Origin: Glycera tridactyla
Taxonomy: Eukaryota
DNA length: 64,000 bases
Assembly: GCA_965644265.1 (NCBI GenBank)
Contig: OZ286459.1
Coordinates: 116,312,001-116,376,000 of the forward strand
Direction of reading: 5' to 3'
In this document: piece after piece, positions 1 through 14,000 of the stretch
Layout of the letters: every line of letters starts with the position of its first letter
Numbering within the stretch: position 1 is the stretch's first letter
The notes under the pieces: model-generated
Databases searched by the model: none
What the model was told of the DNA's origin: nothing
What the model saw: only the letters and a program-made list of their open reading frames with translations
Translations under genes and position numbers: made by a program

Positions 1-108
1 GGAATACAAGTAGCTATTGTCTCACGAGTTGCATCATTCAGCATTCTACTAAATCTTTCAACAAAGACCACCTTTTGATACACCCATGGCTTGTATCTGT
101 AGACAGGT

Positions 109-3100
109 TCAACCGTACTTCCAACAGCACTCACCTGGTTCACCACGATTTCCTGGTGTGCCAGCTGTTCCACTCTCTCCACGGGGTCCTGCAGGTCCAG
201 TCTCACCACGTTCACCACGAGGTCCAGTAGGTCCAGAAGTTCCAGGTGATCCTGATGGTCCGGCTGGTCCAGTTTCACCTCTTTCACCAGGTGATCCAGA
301 GGATCCTTGTTGTCCAGGGTTTCCTGGCTCTCCACGTGGTCCAGATGGTCCAGTTGGCCCTATGGGTCCAATTGGTCCGGCAGGACCAGGCGGACCTGTC
401 AAACCTTGTTCGCCTTGCTCAGCTGCGTTTCCAGGAGGTCCTCTAGGTCCTTGAGGACCTGGCGGACCTGTTGGTCCAGATGGTCCTGGGGGACCAATTT
501 CACCTCTAGATCCATCGGGACCTGATGGTCCCTGCTGACCATTCGATCCTGGGGTGCCAGGGCCTCCACGTTCTCCACGTTCTCCACGTGGACCTGCAGG
601 GCCTGCAGGGCCTGAGGGCCCAGGAGGTCCGGTAGGGCCAGCTGGTCCAGTTTCACCTCTCGAGCCGGGAGTACCAGGGCTTCCAGCTTCTCCTCTTTCG
701 CCAGTAGTTCCTCTAGAGCCTGTGGGTCCAGATGGTCCTGCTTCACCTCGGGGTCCAGATGGACCTCGTGGTCCACTTGGACCAGGAGGTCCTTGCTGCC
801 CAGGTGTGCCAGGGGTTCCTGCTGTTCCTGGTTCTCCGCGTTCACCGGGGGTCCCAGGTGTGCCAGACTCTCCACGTTGTCCAGGTTCTCCTCGCTGGCC
901 AGGACTTCCAGAGGGTCCACTAGGTCCTGATGGTCCACTGGGACCAGCTTCACCTCGTTCTCCAGGTGATCCAGCTGGCCCAGTAGGTCCACTTTCACCT
1001 CGTTCTCCAGATTCTCCACGTTGCCCTGCCGATCCTTGTGGTCCTTGTGGTCCCTGTGGTCCTGCAGGCCCACGGACTCCAATAGGTCCAGCTGGACCAG
1101 GCTGTCCAATGGATCCAGGTGTTCCTGGAGTGCCTGATTCACCACGTTGACCAGGTTCGCCACGCTGCCCAGGTGTTCCACGTTCTCCAGCAGGTCCTGC
1201 TGGTCCGCTGGGTCCTGATGGTCCTGATGGACCTTGCTCTCCACGTTGTCCAGATGTACCTGGTGTTCCAGGAGATCCGGTCTCGCCTCGTGGTCCAGAC
1301 TCACCACGTGGCCCTGATGGACCAGCTGGGCCAGATTCTCCTCTGGGTCCAGCAGGCCCTTGTGGGCCAGCTTCCCCAGGTGATCCTTGAGGTCCCATCT
1401 CACCTCGGGGTCCTGATGGTCCCGCTGGTCCAGCGGGTCCTAAAAATAAAGAATGCATTATGGTTATCAATGGGTGCAATAACTGTTGCAGCGTGAATCT
1501 GAGTCTTGCTCTATTTCTATGATATTTCTTCCCAGTATGTAGTATATAAGACTATCAGCATCATTAGGGATCGGGTAATTTTGTGTGATGATGTAGAATA
1601 TTGGACCAAACTCAGACTTTCTCGTGACAAACCCACTGATATTTCCACCAAGAAGGATATTGTGATCTCAATTATTATTCAGGGTGATATTCCATCACTC
1701 CCACTACTTCGATGACCACATACCTGTTTGTCCTGGTGTTCCTGCTTCACCGCGCTCTCCTGGTGTGCCTTTGTTCCCTGGTTGGCCAGATGGTCCTGCT
1801 GGTCCTGATGGACCAGATGGTCCCGTTGGTCCCATAGGTCCTACTTCGCCACGAGGACCAGATGATCCAGGCGTACCATCAGTGCCAGCTTCGCCACGAG
1901 GTCCAGTAGGTCCCATGGGCCCTGTAGTTCCAGGCGTTCCAGATTCTCCACGTGGTCCAGCAGGTCCAGCAGGTCCTGCTGGTCCTTGTTCACCCCTCTC
2001 GCCTGGAGTTCCAGGTGTACCAGGAGATCCAGCATCACCACGTTCACCTTGTGGTCCTGGTGACCCATTCTCTCCTCGGCTTCCTGTGGGACCTGTTGGT
2101 CCTGAGGGTCCAGACGGTCCAGCCTCGCCACGAGGTCCTGATGGTCCAGCTGGGCCAGGAGGTCCAGATTCACCTCTTTGACCAGGTGTGCCACTGGATC
2201 CTGCTGGTCCTGAAGGTCCACTTTCCCCTCTTGGTCCACTTGGTCCACTAGGTCCGGGTGATCCTGAAATTAAATAAATACACCAAGTAGCAAATCATAG
2301 GAGACTGTAATTTGAAGTGTCCGATCGTGAAGTGGATCTTGAATATGTAAAAGATCAAAATATACAAGACGATGTTGGATGTATGAACATATTTCATGAT
2401 ATATACCTAATTGAGATGATTGTGTGGATAGAATTTATTTGCGGATAGAATCTTGAACCATCCATCAGGTTAACAAAGTTTTGTTAATTTACGACCCTCC
2501 ACATAGGCAGCGAGTATATATAGATGTTTGAATGTGCATCATGGGTTGAAATTAAGGTCCCCAGATAAAATTGCTTGTTTTCACACAGCAGGTTTCGATC
2601 ATATATCTGAAATCTAAAGCTTCTTGTGGATCATCTCACATGAATATAAAGTTCTGACTCTATTTGCTGAAGCACTTCTGGATGAAGTGCAAGTGTTGGT
2701 GGTATTCTTTCTCTCATGGACCAGAGATGCTGAATTACGAGACATTTCATGAAGTTAACAGGTGTGCGGCCATGCCTCAGTATGAATACAAGCGATCATA
2801 TTTATTTGAGTGCACAAATATCGCTCTATTTGCTGGTTTATCACACTCTTATTCAAGTGTACCTACCTGGGTCTCACTTATGTCGACTATTATATATGTT
2901 ATGTGCCCCTACTCAATTTCTTGTGAACATTGTTATTCATACGACTACGTCTTGCACAGCTGGTATTACTCCTAAGTGTACCTATCTGGGTTTCACTTAT
3001 GTCCACTCTTGTCATATGTTGTGACCCGTCAATGTCATGTTCTCATCTCTACCGGACAGCTTGGATAAATATTGTGGAAGCATCTGTTTGCTGCTATATG

Positions 3101-6100
3101 ATGACCACTCGTCAACACACTTTCCAGACTACCATCATTGGCCACTCACGAGATCGACTTCCACATGTTCCTTCACAGCCTCATTACTACATGTGACTTT
3201 GTCGTCAGCTGGCAATTAATCGACTTTAGTCTTTTTTCCACGGTCAATACCAACGTTGACAGCCGCTATATCGGTATACAATAATAACACCCTGACTCTA
3301 GCGCCTAACTAAGGCTTTTCTGCATCTGGACATGTGAAAGTCATGAACAGCAGGTTGGTTTTGGGTGGTCAAACATTCTAGTGTAGGTGAGTCGTTCTGT
3401 GCATATCAGTGTGACATTTTATACTTCTGGTCGGTGTTTGAGGACATAGAAGAATTAAAACCTATTGGGCATAACCCATGAACTGAGATAGACAAGAGAA
3501 TTGCGACATGTGGAATCATGCATGAATGTGGATATGATGTGTCTTGGGGTCAATCAACTCTCATTCTATCATACAGGTTTGAATATGTGGTCGTGTGAAC
3601 GCTATCGGGCGTTGATACTGTGAACAGATGTATATGATATTTGGGTTTGTTTCCTGATTATTGATTCGTAAGTCGCTCATTTTCACCATTTTCTTATACA
3701 CATATGTGAAATACCAGAATTTTGTGTTATCTGCCTAATCGCCCGACCGCGACAGTCGACGCCGTCATGGCCATCGTTATCTCCGCCATTATATCATCTC
3801 CCTCATCGGCGCCATTGACAGCACCACCAACATCACTACAACTACCAAAATGACCGCCAACACCGTCACCACTGCCAAAATTCCCTCCGCCACCGCTACT
3901 GCTGTTGACACCACAAGCACCACCTCTACCCCCACCTCCTCCAATGCCGCAGTCACCGCTGCTACAACCACAACCACAACCACCAACACCGCAACCACCG
4001 CTGCACTCATCCTCACCATGACCTCTGTATCAGAGATACTTGTTAAACAATCTACATATTTGAAGGATAGTCTTTTGGCTATCCATCAGCCTTTCTCTGG
4101 CGTGTGCTGTGTAGATATGAAGCTTTCTCTATTAAGCTGTACCTGGATTTGCGAGCTCTTTTTTTTTTCGTTTGTTGGGCTTTCTTTAATCATTGACATT
4201 AGAGGTGTACACCATACTACACCAATGATATGGTCTAGAGTCCGCTTCTTCAAATCTGCCAATTCCATTTCATAGTAATCCCTAGTGTGCCTTTTCTCCC
4301 CCCCCCCCCCCCCCGTGTCTAAATCAAAACATCGATCAAATTATATTTATCACTCTATGTTTTTTTTTTGTGGAGATTTCTTGTTTCATACTCATTACAC
4401 TGGACTCTCAGTGTCTTGTAGAAATCTCACCTAGTTGGCTCATTTTTTGCCAGCTCTTTAGTGTGTATATATATACTTTTGTGTTCCTATTGTTTCATGT
4501 GTTAGTTCACTGTTTCCTCTGTTAATAGTTTCAGTGCAATCAAATTGTATTGTATTGTATTTGTACCTCCTTGGGGTATGCTTAATGATACCTGCTGACA
4601 GTTATGTATGTTATACCTGATGTATATACCGATAGTTCCAACCAGCTTGAGTACACTATTGAACGCCTGAACAATGAGAGAAAGATGGGCTTTGCTGCAA
4701 TCAATGTTCGTAGTCTGACAAGAAAGCTTGACGAGATTAGGATTCTATTATCACTTAGTAATCTAGAATTTTTAGTCCTCTCTGAAACATTTTTAAACAA
4801 TTCTATAACTGACAATGAGATCGCAATTGAAGGCTACCAATTTTTCAGATCTGATCGATCTGAAGAGTCTGGTAAAAAAGGAGGAGGAGGTCTCTTGATC
4901 TATGCAAATGCCCAACGTGATGTCCAGTCTGTCGATGGTGGCAGTATCTGTACGCCGGATTTAGAATTTCTATGGGTCAAACTTGTCCTCCCATGTACCC
5001 GCCCCACCTTTATCTGTGGCCTCTACAGACCCCCTTCTGGTAATATTAGGCGAGCACTAGACTTGCTACAAACATCAATACAATCAGTCGTTGGAGAGAA
5101 GCGCTCTGATGTTTTAATTCTTGGGGATGTTAATATTAATCTCTTAATTAGAAATGCTGATTGCAGAGTGTACAAATCGTTCGTGTCTAACAACAATCTC
5201 AATTGTCTCATTGACCGCCCAACTCAAGTAACTCCACTAACATCGACTTGTATTGACCATATACTGGTAAATAACCAAAATTAGTATTCCTGCTCTGGTC
5301 TGCATGATCCAGGCATCAGTGATCATGCCCTAATCTTCACTTATCGACAGAGGTCCAAAATTTCTTTCTTCAAGCTTTCGTAGTTTTCGAAATCTGGATA
5401 TTACCGAATTTCAATCGGACATAAGTGGCCTTGAATTTGACGCCTCTGGTCATGCAGACATAGATGAATGTGTTGAAGGTTTTGTGAGTGACCTATGTAG
5501 TATTATGGATAAACATTTGCCAATAATATCCAAACCCCGTCGGATAGAAAATGCAGGCTGGGTAAATAACCATTATATCTCTCTCTTGGATGCTAGGAGC
5601 TATTGGGCAACTAAATACCATCATAGTAAAAACCCTGTCTTTAAATCCAAACGTGATGATTTGATCAAAGAATGTGCTCGCTTGAAACGTCAGCTTAAGA
5701 GAGACTTTATCTTAAATAAAATTAAGTTCGCAGGTGATGATCCTAAAAAGCTCTGGCGTACCATCTGCACGTTTTGGCCAAATTCAAAGTCTAGCTATAA
5801 TTTACCTGTGAACATCGATGGTCATACTAATCAGCAAAATATTGCAGATCATTTAAATGTCCATTTTTCGACCATTGGTGGCAAGTTGGCTGCTGCTTTT
5901 GATAAAAACCCCACTGAAAATATCACGAATACGTTGATATGTCAACCACCAATCTTTGAGTTGAAAGAGGTAACCATAGACACTATTGCTGAGGCGGTCA
6001 AGTTGCTTAGCTCCTCAAATGCTTCAGAGGATGATGGTATCACTAGCAAAATAATCAAACTTGGAGGTGGTGAATTGAACTCGATTGTGCTCGAGATTGT

Positions 6101-9100
6101 AAATTTAAGTATTCGGACTTCACGCTTCCCTGACAGCTGAGAAGTGCTAAAGTGACTGCCCTCCATAAGGGCGGCTCCTCATCGTTATCAACTAATTACC
6201 ATCCAATATCTGTCTTGGCTGCCTTGAGCAAAGTCTTAGAGCGAGTTGTTCATTTTCAGTGCCATGCCTACCTCAGGAAATATAATCTCTTATCGAAGGC
6301 CCAGTCAGGTTTCAGGAAGAGCCACTCTACCACGAGTTGTCTGGTGGATTTTCGCAATACAATCTATGACAATATGGAACAGGGTCTAGCCTGTGGTGTG
6401 GTCTTCCTGGACCTGACTAAGGCCTTCGATACGGTCGATCATGATCTTCTTTTAAACAAATTATTTTACCTTGGTTTCAGGAGATCAGCGGTAAACTGGT
6501 TCCAGTCTTATCTCAGTGACCGTAGCCAATGTACTGCATTGGGAAGGTGACTTCTGGGTTTAGCGAGATCAAATACGGTGTACCTCAGGGGTCCATTCTT
6601 GGACCCCTGCTGTTTGCGCTATCTATTAATGACATGCCTGATGTTGTTACCAATTCCAATATTTATATGTATGCGGACGACACTGCAATTCTTGCCACTG
6701 GAGCCACTGAGGAAGAAATTATTTGTAATCTGCAGCCTGACATCAATGCTCTTGACATATGGTTCACTCGAAATCGACTTACATTTAATCGCTCAAAATC
6801 AAAGTACATGCAATTTGGCACTAGGCAGAAATTGGCGAGCATTACCTCTAATATGAATCATGTGTTGGGATTTGAACGGCTGTCATCATTCAAATATCTT
6901 GGGGTCAAACTTGATTCACAGCTGTCCTTTAGGAACTACATTGATAGCATTGTCAATAAAGTTAAGTCGCGAACTGGTCTCATGTGGCGAATCCGTAGTC
7001 ACATTGACACAAGATTAGCCATCCATTTAGCACAATCATTGATATTACCTCTTTTTGATTATGCAGACATTCTGTTATTGGGCATGTGTGAGCAACTCAA
7101 GAGCAGACTGAAAGTGGCGTACAACAATTGTTTACGTGCTGTCCTCTGTAGGGATGCGCGAACGTCCACCTCAATCCTCTTGGATGAGAGCGGTTTTATT
7201 GATGTGGCTGACCGCAGGGAAATCCATAGCCTTTGCGAACTTTATAAAATCTTAGCCGGAAACTGTTCCGCTCGTCTCTCGGAAGTTGCTGTACAGAAAT
7301 ATCGAATGCTTGTGCCTATGGGTGAAGCCTGTCAGACTAGATCTCGTAGCTGTGAGCTGCTAAAGATTCCTAAGACTAGATTGAAATGTGTTGACGGTAA
7401 TTTTTTTTGTGGTATGTGGTGCTATGTGGAATAGCATACCACAGGATATCCGCATAGCTCCATCGATTGACAGTTTTAAGTCTCAGCTCAAAAAATGGTA
7501 CAGAATCAGGAACGAGATTATCTGATGTCACATTATGTATATGAATGTATCTTTGGTATCTCGTTGTGTTTCTTTTTGTCAAAACCAAGAATGGTACTCA
7601 ATACTTTACATTGCCAGGTGAATGTGTGTTGATTTATTATTTTTCGCCACTTGGCATGCTATTTGGCATTGCCCTGTGTTCCGATCTGATATTATTCGTC
7701 TAATCCTCGCATAATTTTGTCACCGGTTCTCTCCCTGGTCATGTCAATACAGTGACTGTGTGATAAACTCTAATTACTCTTATCGCCACCTGGCACACTA
7801 TTTGGTGATGCCTTGTGTTTTGAGCTTGTCTCTGACAGGTTAGTCATTGCAGGTTATTGTGCTATTCGTTAACTGCTTTGGTATCCTCTTGTGTGTACTA
7901 ATAATGTAAATATTGTACTTGATATATGAATATCCTATCTAATCACATGCTGATCTACCCCCTTGTTTTTTGTCGGTCTACATATCGATAACTCTTGGAC
8001 GCGCAATACCACCCCAAAGTGCGTACTAAATACGCGCTTCTGATGTCATGTTGTCTCGGGTAAACGCCAATCTCTATCTTTACTTCACATCAACTTTGTC
8101 ATGATAATTTTTGTACTCAGCATGTTTCTCAATGATATTTTCTTTTGTCAGCTGTCATGCAATTTCTTTCTGTCAACACGTTTCTTGTATATGTATTCTT
8201 AATGGGAAATATGGTCGTCTGTGGCCACCCATTCTGGAATTCAAATAAAGTTTTTTCAATTCAATTCAATTCAATTCAGAACATATTTCAGGGACTTTCA
8301 GAACCGAGTACAAATTTGGCGAGCTTGATGAATAGAAAAAATTCACTGACCTGGAGATCCTGATTGTCCAGCCTCCCCTCTTGGACCACGCTCTCCTCGT
8401 GGACCTGCTGGGCCTGGGGTTCCACTCGGTCCTGATGGCCCTTGAGGACCTGCCTCTCCTCGTGGACCTGCTGGCCCAGTTTCACCTCGGGGTCCAGAGG
8501 ATCCTGGTGTCCCTGGAGTTCCAGACTCACCAGCCTGACCTGGTTCCCCTCTTGGGCCTTGAGGACCTTGTGATCCCGGTTCACCACGAGGTCCTGGTGA
8601 ACCACTTGGGCCACTTGGACCACTTGGTCCTGGAGGTCCTGATTCTCCTCTTGACCCAGGAGAACCCTGTGGACCAGATTGTCCTAAATCATAAATAAAA
8701 GTAAAAAGAAGTCAGTGATATCTCATCTTTTCCGAATATCTAGTAAATGCTATAAGTGGTGTTGATGGGGAATATTCTGGAAGTCAAGTGATATCAGGGT
8801 TCATCTCACTGAAGAGTTTCAGTGTTTCTGAAGTGCAAGCCACTTAAGTGGTAGCTTGGAAATTGCAGACTTAAATGAAAATCATTTGAGTGTTTTAAGC
8901 ATCCATGTTTACCTCATTTATTTTGAGGATCTAACAAATACACTCACAACATCAACACCCTAGGCTCAGTGTTCAAACTATGGATCAGTACTGATGGGCC
9001 TTGAAATATTGATCCCAGGCTATGGCAGTGATCAGGGATTTCGAGACAAGGTGAGAAAATGTTTTACAGCTTACCTGCACTTCCTGGGGATCCGTCAGTT

Positions 9101-10948
9101 CCTCTCTCACCCTGTGGTCCTTGTGAACCAGGCTCGCCTTGCTCTCCGCGTGGACCAGATGGGCCAGTAGGTCCCGCGGGTCCTGGTGGGCCAGACTCAC
9201 CACGGGAACCTGGTGAACCAGGTGTACCACGATCTCCCCGCTCTCCCTGTGGCCCTGCTGGTCCTGCAGGTCCCACCTCACCACGTGAGCCAGGGGAACC
9301 TTGGGGTCCAGTTGGTCCTGATGGTCCAGCTGGGCCTGCCTCACCCCGTGAGCCTGGCGATCCAGATGATCCGTCTTCACCTCGCGGTCCTGCTGGACCT
9401 TGTGGACCAGTTTCACCACGTGGACCAGATTCTCCTCGTTCTCCAGCGGGACCTTGAGGTCCAGTCTCTCCACGTGGTCCAGCCGGGCCAGTAGGTCCAG
9501 CTTGACCTGCAACAATCATATTATCAGGGATGTTAGCCTGGTACATCATAACCACCACAAACACAATCAAAACTGCTACCCTGACATTGCCCCAACCACA
9601 GCCATAAACAAAGAAACAATGTAACAACACCACTATATAATTGAATGACAAAAAAAGAAATATTACAATTCACAAGTATAGTTGTTCAACTACACACGCA
9701 GCCAAGGCCTCTATCACCACAAGCCCTGCAGCTACTATCACCACCACTATGACCGCCACCACCAATGCTATCTCTGATATTATCATCATCATCACCAATT
9801 TCTTGGAAACAAACAAGAACTATTCACCATCACCACCATCAACATTACGACCACGATCACATTACGATCACCACCATCCTTCTAGCCCTCAGCATTCACC
9901 CTCCCATCAAATCGATTTTTCATTATTCTTTGCTTTTTCCTGAATGATTCACAGCTTTGTGTGAGCTGATTCATACCTGGACTGCCATCACTACCGCGTT
10001 CTCCTTTCTGTCCTGATGGTCCCATTGATCCTGCTGGTCCTGATGGTCCCGATGGTCCTGAGGGTCCAGATGGTCCTGGTGGTCCAGACTCACCACGTTC
10101 TCCTGGTGTTCCAGGCGTACCAGGTGTACCTGAAGGCCCTCGTTCTCCAGGACTACCACGGGGACCTGACGGCCCTTGTGGTCCGGACTCACCACGTGGC
10201 CCAGATGGTCCACTTGGTCCAGATGTTCCTGTTGGTCCAGGTGGGCCAGTCTCTCCTCGAGGACCAGCAGGGCCTTGCGTCCCAGGTGTGCCTATCGGAG
10301 AAACAATCATTTTAGTATAAGATGATAGAAATGTGCAAAAGAAGGAATAGATACTAAGATTTGTTCGATGATCTCTGAGTGGTTGATTATCTGAAATGCC
10401 ACAAAATTTTGGATCAGTTTCAACTGCCTCAGATACATACGAAGAATAGAAAAGAAGCACTCAAGGCAATTCAAGTACTGGAAATAATTCCCAATGTGTA
10501 GTACGAAAATGATAGAGTATTTGATATATCTATACCATAACTACCATGGTAGACCTATCTCCAAATATTTTCATATATGTATATAATATTTCGTGTTTTT
10601 TTTTCTGCACAAATGTGAGCAGGGTACATGTGACGAAGTGGAAAATGGCCCTATCGATTTTTGCTATTGTTGGTATATATACAGCTGATAAACGAAAACT
10701 GTCATAACTGTGACGTAGCAATTAAAGGAGCATTCTGATGTCAGATACATGACCACCGATTGGGACATGGAGCGGCGTAGACGCACGAATTGAAATCATA
10801 TACAATGTCCCCAATGTTGGGAACTTGTCGTACATGAGGAATTATGTTCGCTTCACCGATGGAAGAATTTTGTATTCATATCCACAACAACTTGATGTCC
10901 ATGTGGATATCGTCTCAATCTATTCTCGTGTCAAAAATCTGAGAAAAA

Positions 10949-11015
<67 letters not shown>

Positions 11016-14000
11016 CGTGTGTGCGTGTGTGTGTGTTCGTCGGTGGTCGAAATATGAAGAAAACCNNNNNNNNNNNNNNNNNNNNNNNNNNNNNNNNNNN
11101 NNNNNNNNNNNNNNNNNNNNNNNNNNNNNNNNNNNNNNNNNNNNNNNNNNNNNNNNNNNNNNNNNNNNNNNNNNNNNNNNNNNNNNNNNNNNNNNNNNCC
11201 TGCAGATCCTTGACTTCCTGATTCTCCTCGTGGTCCTCTAGGTCCTTGACTTCCAATCTCGCCCTTTGGCCCAGCTGGTCCTGCTGGTCCCGCTGGCCCT
11301 GGTGACCCAGATTGTCCTGTTGGTCCAGTTGGGCCTTGTGGACCTGGTGGACCACTTTCACCCCGAGCTCCTGGAATATTATCTCCTGGTGTCCCTGGAG
11401 TTCCCGGTTCTCCTCGCTCACCAGGAGGACCTGTTGGTCCAGCTGGTCCACTTGGTCCAGCTGGTCCTATATCACCACGAGGTCCTGCACTTCCAGGTGT
11501 ACCCGGAGTTCCATCCTCTCCACGATCCCCAGGCTGGCCACGTGAACCTGGTGTCCCTGAATTACCAGATGGTCCTGATGGTCCAGTTGGCCCAGGTGGT
11601 CCAATCTCACCCCGTGTCCCAGGACTTCCTGGTGTACCAGCACTGCCATCGGGTCCACGTGGTCCTGCCTCGCCTCGTGGCCCTGTCGGTCCCTGTGGAC
11701 CTGCTTCACCACGTGGTCCCGATGGACCTGCCGGGCCGGATGGGCCTGATGGACCTTGTGGACCCATCTCTCCCCGTTGTCCTGGTGTTCCTGCTGGCCC
11801 TGATGGTCCTAAATAAACAGCATACATTTCCTCGATTAAAACCCTCGTTCCACTTTTGGAAGGTCAGGGACATAATAGCAGTTTTAGTTCAGGGTGCCAC
11901 ATGCAAGAGTCATATCTTGTTTTTTCCATGGAATTGATTCAAATTCGGTTTGCATGTCTTCATACAAAAATGGCAATACATAGATCAATCTCTAATTTCC
12001 AGCAAATGATCTGTGATGATCGGGAGAATCTCTCAAAATGCAAATCCAGCAGGTTCTCTCACTATCTCTTCAATTTCTCAATCACTGTAATTTTTATGTG
12101 GTTTTACAAGTGATTCCTGAAGAACCCCGATTTTTATCGACTGGTAAATGAGACATGAAACAGAGAGATAGTCATCATGCTTTCACTACAAATACCTGCC
12201 ACTTATGTAAACACGGCGGTGGTTTTGACCGGTTGAGAAGTGGAGGTAATCAGAACAAGAAACATACCTATCGGACTTAAACATCATAGACGTTAATCAC
12301 TTTTTGAGATCTCCGCCTGAGGCTGGAGATCTCTATGCTATCACCTCTCTGCTTGACCAGCACACTAACTTCGCTGATTCTGACTCTCGAGGATAATATC
12401 AAACGAATCTTGATCTGAGCTGTGTAAAAGGATCGAATGATCTATCTAACACAATTCTGAGATGATTTATTGATCTGATGAACGACAATTTAGGAAATGT
12501 AGCGATTACGTAATACCAAATTCTCCTAAAACTCGTTTTTGTGGCCGATTACCGAAGCACACAGATATCAGTACACATACTTCTCAGCGCGAACGAGTGC
12601 TTCAGTTTGTGATGGACTGCTGCCCCAGATTCCTGGAGGGGAGGTTGTCATTACCCCCGTCTCTGTCTCTGTCTCTGTCTCTACTCGGATATGTATAGCT
12701 GCGCACAAATAGTGCCTGCGAGGTAGCGTACTAACATAGAGACTAAATAGGTCACTGTGAAACTGGCACGCTCTCGCTCTCTCTCGCTCTCTCTCCCCCA
12801 AACCATCCCTATTTCTCCTGGGGATTTCTAGGTGCACGTGGGCGCTCTTGTTTGTATTATCAGGCAAGGAAGGGGGCAGTCTGGTGTGAATGAATTGCAT
12901 ACCTGCTTGTCCTGGATCTCCACGCTCTCCCTGGCTACCTCCTGGTCCCTGAGGGCCAGCTTCTCCTCGGGGTCCTGACGGTCCTTGTGGACCCGATGGT
13001 CCCTGTGGTCCCTGTGGTCCACTTTCACCGCGCGGGCCTGATGATCCAGGGGTACCTGGAGACCCACTCTCACCACGTTGTCCAGGTTCGCCCCGCTGTC
13101 CAGGGGTGCCTCTCTGTCCTGGTGAACCAGCAGGTCCAGCTGGTCCAGGAGGTCCCGACTGTCCAGCAGGTCCAGATTCACCGATTTCGCCACGAGGTCC
13201 AGGTGATCCTTGCGATCCAGGTGTACCGTCATTACCTCTGGGTCCACTTTCTCCACGAGGTCCCGTAGGTCCTTGTGGACCAGCCTCGCCTCTTGGTCCG
13301 CTAGGTCCAGTTGGTCCACTTGGGCCTACGATTATAGAATACCAGTGATGAGTCAACAGGTGACTATATTATAAATAACATAATATCACCGGCTCAAACC
13401 CAAGTTCACTAACGACCCTATTTTATATCATAAGCTATGTTAACAGTACAAATGGTGATTTGGTTTGGTCTTGCTTGATCGAGGTTTAATGGGAGGGATC
13501 AACCGAGAGGATTATGTATATCATGTGGTCGTGGTCAGTGAAAGCTAGATGTTCTATTACTGCAGGCATCACCCTGACAAACCCTGTACACAAAATGATG
13601 GGGAGCCTGAGAGCCTGTCAAGTGGAAGTAGCTGACAGTTCAGATCAACCTCCACCTATCTAACATGAATTCGGCGATCAGTAGAATGGCATATTTTACT
13701 ATGTACTGGACTATTCATTATCATGGCACAACTTCCCGTACGAATGAAGAAGGTTCTCAGGATCGACAATATTCGAATACGTTCAACCGACAAGATATCA
13801 ATATGAGCGATTCCTATCGGTATAATCTTTGCAGTTACAACTACTTTCAATAGCACTTCAGTGTCTCTTTCAGAAAATTCTTAAACTTTGTGTGAAATCA
13901 ACGAATTCTCAGCGCAGTCAACTAGTTGTCAAAACTACGTGCATTATTCGATTCACCAGCGGGTCTCTCAATCATCTCCCTTTGTGCGATCTCTGTGCCT

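Larger units (their letters stand above)
2397..8278 (+). mobile_element. Non-LTR retrotransposon (CR1/L2-group LINE), decayed, antisense within a collagen intron
   Basis: APE and RT coding remnants at 4582-7434; AATAAA at 8244 followed by a (TTCAA)4 tail; 12-bp direct repeat GAACATATTTCA at 2385-2396 and 8279-8290 is a candidate TSD. The 5' boundary rests only on this TSD. Confidence 0.75.

Noticed and set aside
4086-4268. Minus-strand 60-aa ORF inside the LINE 5' region
   Set aside because: No recognisable motif; too short to call.
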